Positions 10,804-22,400 of a stretch of 64,000 bases of DNA are shown here, piece by piece. The notes beneath the pieces are model-generated. The model was not told the DNA's origin and searched no databases. It saw nothing but the letters and a program-made list of their open reading frames with translations. The translations under genes and the position numbers were made by a program. The stretch is from positions 186,001 through 250,000 of the forward strand of contig BCGN01000003.1 in the NCBI GenBank assembly GCA_001599295.1. Direction: 5' to 3'. The first letter of the stretch is position 1; the number at the start of each line of letters is the position of its first letter. The stretch comes from Sporopachydermia quercuum. Lineage: Eukaryota.

Positions 10804-11377
10804 TTTGAAGTCTGAGCCAAGAGATCCAACTAACTACGGAACTACAGAACGTTAATAATTACCACTGATCCAATCGCAAAATTGACTTCCAAAGTGCCTA
10901 CATTCTCTCAAAATACACCCGCAAATAACATACTGTCAGTATAATACACTTTTGGTTATTGGAATAGCAGCTAAAACGTATTTATACCGAGAATAGCTAG
11001 CAAACTGGAAAAACTATCAAGGGTATGTATGTATGATATAATTTTCATCACGAAAAGGGAACAATAAGGGCCATGTGGGTTGACGCAATAATATGCAACT
11101 AGATCTTCAAACGAAGTTGCTATGTCTTATAATATCACGTAAACATAATTATATACTCTAAGTCTGTGATTACGTAATCGGTAACATATCCTACAGTCTA
11201 TCTTAGCATGTCATAATGTGATGGTTTATTATTCATTTTAATGCAGCATTTCCCTATGTAAAATCGCCCTTTTTATGTCAATTATATGCAAGCTCCCATA
11301 CTCTTTTCAATGGCACCAAAACGCTCAAATTGGCTCACGATTTCATCGCAAAATCAGCATCGGTTTCAATCAATTCT

Positions 11378-11385
11378 TCACGTGA
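11378..11385. promoter_or_regulatory. Cbf1-type E-box TCACGTGA upstream of MDE1
   Basis: Perfect palindrome ~575 bp upstream of a sulfur-metabolism gene. Function is inferred. Confidence 0.35.
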
Positions 11386-11528
11386 TCGCTCAATTTCAAT
11401 TCGAACATCGAGCCAGTATATTTTCATCAATTTCCCTTTAATTCCTAATAAATCTTTCTATTCCTTTTAATTCCTTTATCTTCTGATAATTCAACCATCA
11501 TTTAACTTCATAATTCCCCCTGAACCTT

Positions 11529-14500
11529 CTAGAAATCCTCCTCCAATCCAAACGAGCTTGAAAACTCATCCTCATTCCAACCCTCAGTGCTGAGCTCCTT
11601 CATAATATTCTCCACTATAGGCTTCTTTGCTACCACCTTCTTGAAGTCTGGCTTGATAACTACTAGCTGTCTATTACTAGCTGACCTTAATTCACTTAAT
11701 ATATCTCTCGTAGCGCTTTTGCCCGTAATTTCCGGTCTCTGCTTCTCCTTCTGTTTCTCCCTGGCTGCCCTTGGCTTTCTAGGTGAATATTCAGAGATAC
11801 TAATACTACTGTCAATTCTCAACGGGATATCATATACTTCTTCAGCACCTTCAGGTAAATCGTAGAACCAGTTTTCTCTTTCAAATAATTCCAGGAACGT
11901 CTTGAACTCATCACTGCCCAATAGTGTCCTTTTAGATCCTATGATAATCAACTTACTCTTTGCTCTTGTCATTGATACATTCAGACGTCGCCAGTCTTTC
12001 AATAACTGTCCAACCTGTCGATTATCATTTGACCGTACTAACGAAATTATCATACATTCTTTATCTCGTCCTTGAAATTTATCTGCAGTCAGAATTTCAA
12101 TCTCGGGTTTATTATGCAATAACTGGTTCAATAGCTTGATTTGGGACTTGTAGACGGATAAGATGCCAATCTCTGTTTCCCGAACATCGCATAGACATAA
12201 AGCCTCAGTTAATTGCCTTACTAATTCTGCTTCAACTGGATTTTGGACTCTCTCACCAATAGTGATTTCGTTTGCTGGTAAGCAATCAGTATTGGCAAAT
12301 ATAACTTTATGGTGATCTTCCAACAGATGGTCAATCCAATGTTTGGAAGCGACTGATGAAATGTCATTCCTGATACAATTATCGGAAGCAGATTCAAATT
12401 NGCTCCTTTTATTACCATTATTCTTCTTTCGAATACTTCCTAGCTTCCATTTATTCTTAATAACCAGCTTTCTCCTCTTGATATCATCGTTCCCACATAT
12501 CAATTCTCCTTTATAAACCAAAGTGTTGCTGATCTTCATAATATCTTCACACATTCTATACTGATATCTTAGCTTGATAACATCACTAGGATGCTTCTCA
12601 CATAGCAATTTGAACAAACTGTCTTCCAGCCCTTCATTCTTGGCTTCATTGTTGATAACCAATGGCGAGAGCTGGAAATGATCTCCAACAAGAATGAATT
12701 TATCAGCAAATCGTAAAGGGCCAAGAGAAAACGGTAGTGTAAGCTGCGAGGCTTCATCAATTATACAGAAGTCGAATTTCCTTTCGTTGAAAAGCCAATG
12801 AGTTATTCCTAAGCATGTAGTTGCAACTATCGACGAAGTTTGATACTGAGAAAGAGGAGATGAAGTAGAACCCGAGGAGGAAGAGGAAGAAGAAGAAGAG
12901 GGAAGCGAAGAGGACAAGCCAGGAATGTATTTCCTTACTGCAGGATGAATATTACGCGATGATCCTAGTCTAATAAGAGACAATGGGAGCTTTGACTCGC
13001 ATTCAGAAGAGCCTTGGCTACCATCCATGCTACCACTATTGCTGGCATTGTTGCTGTTGCTATTGCTTTTACTATCATCGATTCCATCTTTCACGGTCAA
13101 ACCTTCTAACTTCGTGATGATATTATCAACAGCGGAATGAGTATAAGAGGTGAGTAAAACAGTGTTTCCTCTACTAATAAGGATTCTGATTAGTTCTGCG
13201 ATTGTCGTTGTTTTGCCTGTTCCTGGCATTCCTAGTATTAAGGCGTAGTCTTTAGCCTGTAGAACTTTGGTGAACAGGTTCTGTTGATCAGCATTGAACT
13301 TAGCTGAATTAGCTTTACTATCACCATCACCTTTCCTATCAACATTCTTATTCCCATTATTCCCATTTCCACCCTCACACTCAAACAGAGGCTTTTGCAG
13401 ATCGACAATCAGCTCCTTGTGTCTTTTATGCCCATTCTCACTTACCAACTCAAGCACATTATACCTTGCAAGTTGAAATCCAAACGTAAACTCATCTTTG
13501 TCAACGCGAAAAGTAACATCAGGAACTCGGCTGGTTACCTTCCTGGTTCTGTTTTCCCGCAAAACACCATGGAATATCTGGTTGTTGTTTCCATTGAACC
13601 CAGCACGTTTAAGCATCAGCTGATCAAGTCTTTTGTTGGTTGAAACAACTATTTCGTCTTCTTTTATCCGTTTGACGATTCCTTGACACAGTCCATAATG
13701 TCCTTCTTCATCAGATATGATAATATGATCGCCAATGCTTATTTGGCCCATGTTTATATTGAATGGTGATGTCACCGGACCGTTGATATTTCTGATGAAC
13801 TTGTAGATGTATCTATCACTGTATGTGATGTTAGGATCTGCAGGATTTGAGGGATTTGCCGTAGTAGGACTTGTCGTAAGAGCTGCAGTATTATTCTCAT
13901 TACCATCACTGCTATTACCATTGCCTGCACTCCCGTTTTTCAGCTCATTTACTGATCCCTGAGAATCAGGCTTGATAACCAGATTACTTATACACCTACC
14001 AATCAACTCCCGTTCTTTACTAGTTAACAACCATAGCTGCTTTCTGATTGATTTGATGCTTGACTCTTCTTTGCTGATTAATTTCTCCCATTTGAAGTAA
14101 AAGGCTGACGATAATTTAGTAGCAGTATCATCAGAATTTACACGACCATCATTACTAATATTGCTACTATTAGCATCAGCACTGTATAATGAGTTCAGAG
14201 TCATACACTCATCTTTGGCCCAGCAATATGAACACACACGTTCATCCTCAATCATTGGCGGCATAGCTATAGTATCAATCCTGTCCTTACTCTTAGCGTC
14301 TTTCGCTTTCTCTTTCTCTTTCTCTTTTCTTTCTTCTGACGCTTTATCTGCTATGCTCAAATAGCTTGCTAGTTCATTCCTGGCGATAATCAAACTTCTT
14401 AGTTCATGCCATTGGTTGTCGATCTTGAACACTTCGTTATGCTGTGAATAATACAATAAAGAGAAGTTGATATTCAAATTATAACGGTCATTTAATAGTA

Positions 14501-17024
14501 ATGAATAGAGCAACGTTTGGCCGCGATGCTCAATTGTTTGCCTGTTTCCAGTTTTAATTTCAAATGGGATAAGGTATTTATCACCAGAATTACTGTTGAT
14601 AGTACCGGNATTGCTGTTTCTGCTGGTATTCCTATTCCTCTTAATGTCTCCCTGTTTCATCGTTACTTCGGTCGTTGCGTCAATCATGCCTTTCAGTCCG
14701 AACATCGGAGACCAGATATTCTCTTCTACATCAATCACATTGGTAATAGAATATTGGGCATTTGACTTGCTTCCAGTGCCATTTCCAGCACCACTACTGG
14801 TACTATTCCTAGTATCAGTATCAAAATCAACGTACTTTTCACTCCATTGAACAATACTCTCAAACTTTGACTCAATATAACTTCTGACAGATTCAACCGT
14901 TTCGCCGCATAGCAGAATATCGATTTCGTAATCAGATAATTCACTCTCTAGCACTTGCTGCATCAATTGGAGATCGAATTTCTGCTGTTTGAAACAAAAC
15001 TGGATAATCAAATGGATTATGGTTCCATAAATCAAATATTTGCTTGTTCCTGATGGAAATGTAAATCTCTCTTTGATAAAACTTCTTCTTAAACAAGAAA
15101 ATGAGTCAGTGATATTTGTTGCTGATAATAGAATATCTGGCTCAAGTATTAACAAAGTATTATTGTTATCTTCGACAACAATAGTTGATGGTAAATTGCA
15201 TGTATTATTGTTGAGTGTAATAATATGGATTATGTCATTAATGTTATACAGTTGATACTTCCATTGGCCTTTCAGGATGATTTTGTAAAAGGTATTATTT
15301 TTGTCAATAGACATTAATGTTGTTTCTGAAGATGATTTGATTACATTGATTATTTTAAATCGTTTTAATTGTTGTCTGTCCGCTGCTAGATTTAATTCAC
15401 TAACAGAAGAAGATGAGGAATTCACGGTATTCATGGAATTAATGTTAGTAATTTTTGTAGATTTTGACGTACCCGCATTAATTAAGGCATCAATTTCTGT
15501 ATCAAAAACATCATCTAAATCGTCGAACTCATCGAGTTCGTCAATTGGTGTCGGTCCATTTGAATTTTTGTTCACATCCAAAGTTAAGGTGTTGCCTTCA
15601 TTAATAGTTTTTGCATCCTTTAACGACTTTTCATCAATGCACTTTTCATTAATGTCACTAAAGGAGAAATCATCAAATTCTTCTAATTCGTTGTGAATAT
15701 CAGTATTGCTAGTAGTGCTGTTATCAGCATTATTTATAGTGTTTTTCTTAGCAGACGATTCATTTGGTTCATTACTGATATCTTTTTCATCCTGATGAAC
15801 GGTCTGAGATAACTCCCACTCTAATATATCAGAATCCATTAAAGAGATTCCATAATCGCTGGAATCGTCCTTAATCGATGGTGAGCTGGTTTTAACGTAA
15901 TAATTGCTTTGAGCAACAGTTTTAGTAGCGGTGACAGCATTGATTGTATTACTATTGCTTTTATCATTATCATTACTATGTCGAACACTAATATTCTGCT
16001 TCTGAGATATTCTACCTCTTAAAGGACTATCAGATAGTAATGTAGTGCTATCATCTTCATCATTCCATTGATTATCAAACTCGTTTACCAAATTCACATA
16101 TTCATCATCTTGCCGCGGCAGTGGAACGTTTGACTGTTGATCCTGTAAAGCTGTTGAGGATTTAGTAATCAAATGGTTAAACGACCTTGATCGAGGTAAA
16201 GCTGATCTGTTATTCTTGTTTTTGTTCTTACTTTCATCTTGCCTATCAAAAAGATCATTCTCCGGAATAAATTTACCAACTAGCATTGATATTGGATCGA
16301 ATGTGCGTAATTCCTTATTAGTACTCTTATCTTTACTCATATCGTTAGAATTATCATCACTAATTTTAATACTTCCTTTGCTTCTTTCAGTTGAAGACGA
16401 TTGTGATGAATCTAACGGTGACGACGATGAGATGTTCAATGGAGTATGAGCCCAAGAAATTTGGCTATCGTTCAACTGATTATTCTTATTGTATGCTATT
16501 CTGTTGAATATATTTCTAATGGGTGTTCTCATTCCTGATTCTGGTGTTAGAAGTTTCCCTTTAGGAGTTTTCAATTGCTTAATTTCAGAAAATATGTTGA
16601 AACTCTCCGTTGTATCTTTCTTGTCATTTCTTGTCATTGGTGTAAAACATGGGGAAGGCAATGATGACACTTTTGATATACCAGGAGTTGCGAATGAAGC
16701 AGAAGTTGTGGCCTTTGAAATATTTGTAGTACTAGCTGCATTGCTACTAGGAATATCAAACTTATATTTGGTGATAGGTTTATTCTTGATGTTTCTGCTG
16801 ACATTTGATAGTCCAGCTAATCTTTTCTTGGATGATACATTCTTAGTATTATTTGACTTGGAATCTGATAATCGTTTCTTTGGTAATTCATCTTTTAGAT
16901 AGTCCGGTAAAACATTTAATGGTTCAGTATACTTGTTGCTAATACTCTTCCTAGCACTATTATCATTATTATTGGTAGTAATATCAACTGTCCTGTCATT
17001 GATATTGCTAGTATGATTTACCAT
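11529..17024 (-). CDS. DNA2: DNA replication helicase/nuclease Dna2
   Basis: EENIWSPMFGLKGMIDAT and PFEIKTG nuclease motifs; Fe-S cysteines (CLRR; CSYCWAKDEC); GMPGTGKT, DEASQ, TADKFQGRDK helicase motifs. First in-frame ATG is 17024 (the track starts at a TTG). Confidence 0.96.
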   Translation of the reverse strand: MVNHTSNINDRTVDITTNNNDNSARKSISNKYTEPLNVLPDYLKDELPKKRLSDSKSNNTKNVSSKKRLAGLSNVSRNIKNKPITKYKFDIPSSNAASTTNISKATTSASFATPGISKVSSLPSPCFTPMTRNDKKDTTESFNIFSEIKQLKTPKGKLLTPESGMRTPIRNIFNRIAYNKNNQLNDSQISWAHTPLNISSSSPLDSSQSSSTERSKGSIKISDDNSNDMSKDKSTNKELRTFDPISMLVGKFIPENDLFDRQDESKNKNKNNRSALPRSRSFNHLITKSSTALQDQQSNVPLPRQDDEYVNLVNEFDNQWNDEDDSTTLLSDSPLRGRISQKQNISVRHSNDNDKSNSNTINAVTATKTVAQSNYYVKTSSPSIKDDSSDYGISLMDSDILEWELSQTVHQDEKDISNEPNESSAKKNTINNADNSTTSNTDIHNELEEFDDFSFSDINEKCIDEKSLKDAKTINEGNTLTLDVNKNSNGPTPIDELDEFDDLDDVFDTEIDALINAGTSKSTKITNINSMNTVNSSSSSVSELNLAADRQQLKRFKIINVIKSSSETTLMSIDKNNTFYKIILKGQWKYQLYNINDIIHIITLNNNTCNLPSTIVVEDNNNTLLILEPDILLSATNITDSFSCLRRSFIKERFTFPSGTSKYLIYGTIIHLIIQFCFKQQKFDLQLMQQVLESELSDYEIDILLCGETVESVRSYIESKFESIVQWSEKYVDFDTDTRNSTSSGAGNGTGSKSNAQYSITNVIDVEENIWSPMFGLKGMIDATTEVTMKQGDIKRNRNTSRNSNXGTINSNSGDKYLIPFEIKTGNRQTIEHRGQTLLYSLLLNDRYNLNINFSLLYYSQHNEVFKIDNQWHELRSLIIARNELASYLSIADKASEERKEKEKEKAKDAKSKDRIDTIAMPPMIEDERVCSYCWAKDECMTLNSLYSADANSSNISNDGRVNSDDTATKLSSAFYFKWEKLISKEESSIKSIRKQLWLLTSKERELIGRCISNLVIKPDSQGSVNELKNGSAGNGNSSDGNENNTAALTTSPTTANPSNPADPNITYSDRYIYKFIRNINGPVTSPFNINMGQISIGDHIIISDEEGHYGLCQGIVKRIKEDEIVVSTNKRLDQLMLKRAGFNGNNNQIFHGVLRENRTRKVTSRVPDVTFRVDKDEFTFGFQLARYNVLELVSENGHKRHKELIVDLQKPLFECEGGNGNNGNKNVDRKGDGDSKANSAKFNADQQNLFTKVLQAKDYALILGMPGTGKTTTIAELIRILISRGNTVLLTSYTHSAVDNIITKLEGLTVKDGIDDSKSNSNSNNASNSGSMDGSQGSSECESKLPLSLIRLGSSRNIHPAVRKYIPGLSSSLPSSSSSSSSSGSTSSPLSQYQTSSIVATTCLGITHWLFNERKFDFCIIDEASQLTLPFSLGPLRFADKFILVGDHFQLSPLVINNEAKNEGLEDSLFKLLCEKHPSDVIKLRYQYRMCEDIMKISNTLVYKGELICGNDDIKRRKLVIKNKWKLGSIRKKNNGNKRSXFESASDNCIRNDISSVASKHWIDHLLEDHHKVIFANTDCLPANEITIGERVQNPVEAELVRQLTEALCLCDVRETEIGILSVYKSQIKLLNQLLHNKPEIEILTADKFQGRDKECMIISLVRSNDNRQVGQLLKDWRRLNVSMTRAKSKLIIIGSKRTLLGSDEFKTFLELFERENWFYDLPEGAEEVYDIPLRIDSSISISEYSPRKPRAAREKQKEKQRPEITGKSATRDILSELRSASNRQLVVIKPDFKKVVAKKPIVENIMKELSTEGWNEDEFSSSFGLEEDF

Positions 17025-17271
17025 CTTGATGTTAGTATTTATGATCGGATCGAATATGATCAATCATATATGCATATAATGACTGATGAGCTTTTGATGG
17101 ATAACTATAAAGCCGTAAAGCCATCACCATGAAATAAAAAAATGACTTCCTGAAAAGAATTTCGCTCATATAATCCAACTATGATCAATTATAAGGTGAA
17201 AATAGCTGTAAAACAATGCAATTGTAGATGATGATATATAATGATAGGCGACTAACTCTTCCATCCAATTC

Positions 17272-17541
17272 ACGCGTCAAGTGTAACGGTCTTCTCGTCT
17301 ATAATTAGCTCTCTGTACAAAGCAATACAACAACTAGCTCATATCAAATAGTAATATTTCAACCCCTAAAACCTTACACATTTTTTGGCCTCATCGATAC
17401 TCATAATGGACCACGATGGAGCACATATAATAAACATACCTATCAATCTCGCCTCTCACTGTCGTATTCTCTCAATTCTCTCATTATAAGAATAATTCTA
17501 CGCGTTTTCAGTCGAACGCGGGTTTTCAGACGCGTCACGTG
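17272..17541. promoter_or_regulatory. MCB (ACGCGT) cluster, G1/S promoter of DNA2
   Basis: ACGCGT at 17272, 17500 and 17530, ACGCGG at 17516, and CACGTG at 17536, upstream of a replication gene. Confidence 0.7.
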
Positions 17542-18158
17542 GAAAATAAATAGTTAGTCATGTGACATTGGCGTGATGGGAACTTTCCTAATTGGTGTGT
17601 GCCAATTTTATTCAGTAGATAAGGAAAACGGTGATGAAATGCTTTTATTGAGGTATTTTCTGTGGTCATGTTATGTAGTAAATGAAGAGCAGTAATAAAT
17701 TAGATGTAAGATTTGTTGCNTATTAGGTAGGGGAAGCATCCAATTGAGAATAGGGAAATTTGATGTCTAGATTGTTATTGTTTGTTTGTTTGGGTTGATC
17801 GTTTGCTTAGATAACTACTAGATTGGATTCCTCCCTTACTCTATGTGTATGAAGTAAGGAATATGATATGAATTGGATACCATCAATTGATTGTACGGAT
17901 TATATGGATTATAACGTACTGATACCGTACTGAAAAGAAGAAAAGTGTGAAATCGGGCGAAAGATTCAATTTGATAGAGGTTGATATACAGTTGTACATT
18001 CGCTAGCATTGTAATTATTGATTAGTTGTGCGATAGAAGTAGAACCAACCTGTTCTCAGGCTTTCAGTCAATCAGGTATTATAGGTATTCAGGTATTTGA
18101 TTCGGTATTTAATCAAGAAAAGACCAAAACCGAGCACTCAGCTGTTTACGTTAACACC

Positions 18159-20013
18159 ATGTCGGAATCTTTTGATGATAACTTGAACGTAAATTCAAGC
18201 GACTTCAGACTTCATAGAGCAATGTCAGTGTCAATGAAGTCTCATGCTAGTTGTAAATATGTTGTGGTAAGTTGCGTTTGGTAAAGGAATAAAGAAATGA
18301 AGCGTTCTGTTGATACTGTTGCTAGCACTGTGTCTCAGTGTTCAGTGTTCTATTTCAATTGCTATCTCAAACTGCTGGTTCTGACAATTTTGCTTATCTA
18401 GGGAGAAAGATTGGGCTCAGGAAATTATGCTGAAGTAAAAGAAGGGATGCATATCGAAACAAAAATGTATGTCAATACTTTGCATTTAACTGCTTTTCAC
18501 GGTAGACCAAAAATACAGTGAAGATTGAGATTAACTAACATACAATTAGTCATTATGCTCTGAAAGCTATTAAGAAAAAGCTAGTGTTTGGAAGAGAACA
18601 TATGGTAAGGATACTTGTGTTATTTATGCTCATTTTACTCTTTTTTCTTCCTCTTACTGCCAGTATCAACTTCCTAACAATCATCTACAATTATAGATTC
18701 AGAACGAAATCAAAGTATTGCAAAGAATATCTCAAGAGCACAAGCATTTGTTGACTCTTGTTGACTATTTTGAAACAGATGATCATCTATATCTCGTAAC
18801 TGATTTATGCTTAGGATCTGATTTATTCGATAGAGTATATACAGAAGAAACCATTGAGGAGAAATCAGTAATCAAGATCATAACAGCTGTTTTGAAAGGT
18901 ACGCAATATTTACACTCTCATGGAATTGTTCATAGAGACTTGAAAGCAGAGAATATTCTATTCAGGCAGAAGATAACAAAAAGTAAAGAGGGGGCAAACG
19001 TCTATAATGACGATGATATAGTTATTGCTGACTACGGATTAGCTAGAATCATTGATGTTCCAGGAACCATGCTCATGACAATGTGTGGTACTCCTGGCTA
19101 TATGGCACCAGAAATGTTATCAAGAAAAGGACATGGTAAGGAAGTCGATATATGGGCAATTGGCGTTTTGACGTATTTCGCTTTAGGAGGATACACACCA
19201 TTTGATCAAGAGAGTGTTTTAGCTGAACAAGACGCAATAATAAAAGGTGATTTTGATTTTCTACCCAATGAGTATTGGATTGCTGTTTCCAATGAATCAA
19301 GAGACTTCATTGCCAGATGTTTAACTGTTGATATAAAGAAGAGAATTACAGTAGTAGCAGCATTAGACCACCCCTTTCTCAATGTCAGCCATCCCAGAAC
19401 GTACATTCCCGAATGCGATCCTTCAGTACTTGAGTCTGCTGTTGGAAGCCTGGGAAATAATGACTTTTTAAGACGTCATAATAGTAGAATGTCTTCTACT
19501 ACTTTGTCGAGACATAATTCTAATGTATCACATGATTGGAGTTCGGAGAAACCTAACCTTGGATTCTCTACTAATAAACTGTTATCGTCAGATATTGAAC
19601 AGCCTATGGCGTCACCTAAGCAAATCACATCTCCCTTCAACGAAAGAACTAATTCGAGTACATCTATCAGTGATAAGTCAGGAACAAATACTCACCAGGC
19701 TCCTATAGCAATACCGGCAAAGATACCTAGATCAACAGTTGGCAATAAGCAGGCCGACCATCTAACTAAGGAACAGAAACTTAGAGGGAAGTTGTCTACC
19801 TCACCGGAGACTGCTGAGGACTTTATATCTTTGTTGGAATCTACAAGTAAGCGTCCGTCAATAACAGGGTCGATTTTACGTAAAGGTGATCATGAAACAG
19901 ACTCGATTCTATCGAGACGTTCTTCTAACAGGAAATCAAGAGAATTCTCTTTCAATAGGGGAAGCTCTTTTGGCAATGGCTTATTAGATATGACGTCTTT
20001 AGATAATGCATGA
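18159..20013 (+). CDS. TDA1: CAMK-group Ser/Thr kinase, Tda1/CmkB-like; exons 18159-18266, 18402-18466, 18550-18604, 18697-20013
   Basis: Spliced N-lobe CKYVVGERLGSGNYAEVKE...YALKAIKKK...GREHMIQNEI, then LVDYFET, HRDLKAENILFR, DYG, CGTPGYMAPE, VDIWAIGVLTYF..GYTPFD. Kinase identity is certain; the symbol is tentative. Confidence 0.75.
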
Positions 20014-20245
20014 AAGTATTTCATTATGTATAGTATACTACGAGAGAGTACAACGAACTGGTACATTTGGAGCACTCCATATAAGAAGATCCTGCGTAGG
20101 TGATGATATCAAACATAAGCAGAAGAATACAGTAACAAGGCTGGGCCTAGCAGTTTAAATAGTTGGCAAGTGGTAAATAACTTATATTTGAGAATGAAGA
20201 ACAAAAATAATAATAGAAAAATAAAATAAAAATGAAAAAAGATAA

Positions 20246-20328
20246 TGACGGATGCGAGATTCGAACTCGCGCGGACTCTGTCCAGCAGATCTTAAGTCTG
20301 CCGCCTTAGACCACTCGGCCAACCCGCC
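20246..20328 (-). tRNA. tRNA-Leu(TAA), copy 1
   Basis: GGCGGGTTGGCCGAGTGGTCTAAGGCGGCAGAC-TTAAGA-TCTGC, long variable arm, GTTCGAATC T-loop, T-rich terminator downstream. Confidence 0.97.
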
Positions 20329-20515
20329 TTAGTTGAGAAATGAAAGGTACTTTCCTAAATATGTTATACTCTATGCATTAATATGTAAGTGCATATCAAT
20401 TACGCATGTCTGTGCATAGATAGTGTGATGATAGACCTACATAGACATGCATTGATTGATCCTTCTCCACTAATAAGTGATCATTAAAGATAGTTCAAGC
20501 AATATATGTATCTCC

Positions 20516-20537
20516 ATATATATATATATATATATAT
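20516..20537. repeat. (AT)n microsatellite
   Basis: About 11 AT units between the two tRNA genes. Confidence 0.85.
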
Positions 20538-20858
20538 TTACTTGCTTAAATATATAGAAGCCACTTATGGCTTGTTGCTAGTCCATAGTGATCTCCAATA
20601 GATAGATGGCATATTTCTACTTCTCCTCTAAGCTGAAAATCAATGAATAACTCTTTGTATGTTCAATCGATATATCTGCTATATAAGAAGCAATGACAAG
20701 TTCCCAATCTGTGTATAAATAAATGAACTATACAACCGAAAGAGAAAAGAAAAAAAAAAAAAGCTGGTAAGCCTTTCGAGAAAAAATAAAATAAAATAAA
20801 ATAAAAAGATAAAAAGAAATAGAAATGAAAAAAATGAAAAAAATGAAGAAAAAGATAA

Positions 20859-20941
20859 TGACGGATGCGAGATTCGAACTCGCGCGGACTCTGTCCAGCA
20901 GATCTTAAGTCTGCCGCCTTAGACCACTCGGCCAACCCGCC
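20859..20941 (-). tRNA. tRNA-Leu(TAA), copy 2 (identical to copy 1)
   Basis: Same 83-nt sequence. Confidence 0.97.
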
Positions 20942-21970
20942 TTGGTTGTAAAATTCTTCTTTCAGGAATTGATAATATCAATTCTAATGAAGTTTACTCT
21001 TTCTTTAAGGTAGAAACTGATTGGTTATTTATTGATGAAATGAACTTAATATATATGTGGAATGATGATCAAATTACTGATAGTTTCTATCTTAAATTCT
21101 CGTATTACTGTTTTGCTTGTTTGTTAAGTGGAACCGGAACCCAAAAGAGTTTTTGTTGACAGATAATTTCTATTGCGCATGTTGATGAAATTCTATCAAA
21201 CGAAAGAATGAAGTGACAGATCGTAGCAATAAGACATGCAATCTCCAAACTATTCTACCAATTGATATTAATAGAGACAGATTTTTAATGTCGTAGTAAA
21301 TTTAAATTGTAAATTATTTAAATACTTTATCCACCTGATGTCCAAGTTTACCCTCATATGGTCCTTCTGGCAGATGCACATGATTTACTACCTCCCAACT
21401 ACCACTATTGGATCTGCTCACTTCAGAGTATAATGCCTTAGCATAANCATTGAAACCTATCTAACACAAAATGTTACAAATCAATTAAGAAAGGAAATAC
21501 AATACAAAGGAGGACTTATATTGCGGCTTTATCAACAAAAATCTAACGCTTTTCCTGTAAAAGATTGTATTTTCCGTTTCAACATATAAGCCATACCATG
21601 CAATAATCCTGCATAATCATGCAAGTAGACTTAAAACTTTTCACATGGAACAGCATTCTTTTCTTATTTCTTTCTGTTCTTCATCTTTCACCCTAATAAG
21701 CCTCAGTTCGATATTTTATCTATCAATACTTCATTTTTAAGCTGGATTTCCTTTTTGCTTTTTGGATTCACTAACAATATCAAATAAAGCGGCTTCAGAA
21801 AGATTAAAGATTAGAATATCAATTGCTTCTACCAATATACTAGCAATGACCATTACGGCTCAACACCATATCATATCGTCAACATAAATATCACCCACTT
21901 CTCTACATCAAGAGCACACTTTATTCTCTCTACTTGTTCACACTATTATAACTTAACGGATAGAGCAATA

Positions 21971-22400
21971 ATGGCTTCACGAGTAAGTTAATATTATTTT
22001 AGATACTACTATTGCAGTGCCACAAGTTGTCTCCTTCTTCTCATGCAACATATACTAACCAATAACCCACNAATAATAGAAACCAGGAACAGATCAAATA
22101 CTGTTCGTCAAGAATCTTCCATACACGTCTACATCACAAGAACTATTCGAACTTTTTGCAAAATTTGGAGCTATACGGCAGATCAGAAAAGGGACAGATG
22201 ATAATACTAAAGGCACTGCCTACGTTGTGTATGAAAAGCCACAGGACGCCAGGGTAGCCGTGGAAAGACTTTCAGGATTCAATTATAAAAATAGGTATCT
22301 GGTAGCCTTGTTTCATTCTGTCGATAAGATGAAAATGGATGATTTGAAGACTAGACAAGAAAGGCTAGAGAAAATTAAAACAGAAAATAATATAAAATAG
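21971..22400 (+). CDS. SF3B6: Splicing factor 3B subunit 6 (p14 branch-site protein); exons 21971-21982, 22080-22400; absent from the ORF track
   Basis: MASR|KPGTDQILFVKNLPY...ELFELFAKFGAIRQIRKG...TKGTAYVVYE...LSGFNYKNRYLVALF is the p14 RRM signature. Intron GTAAGT..TACTAAC..TAG. Confidence 0.92.

Noticed and set aside
20663..20935. 90-aa ORF starting MAEWSKAADLRS
   Set aside because: It is a translation of the tRNA-Leu gene and its T-rich trailer.
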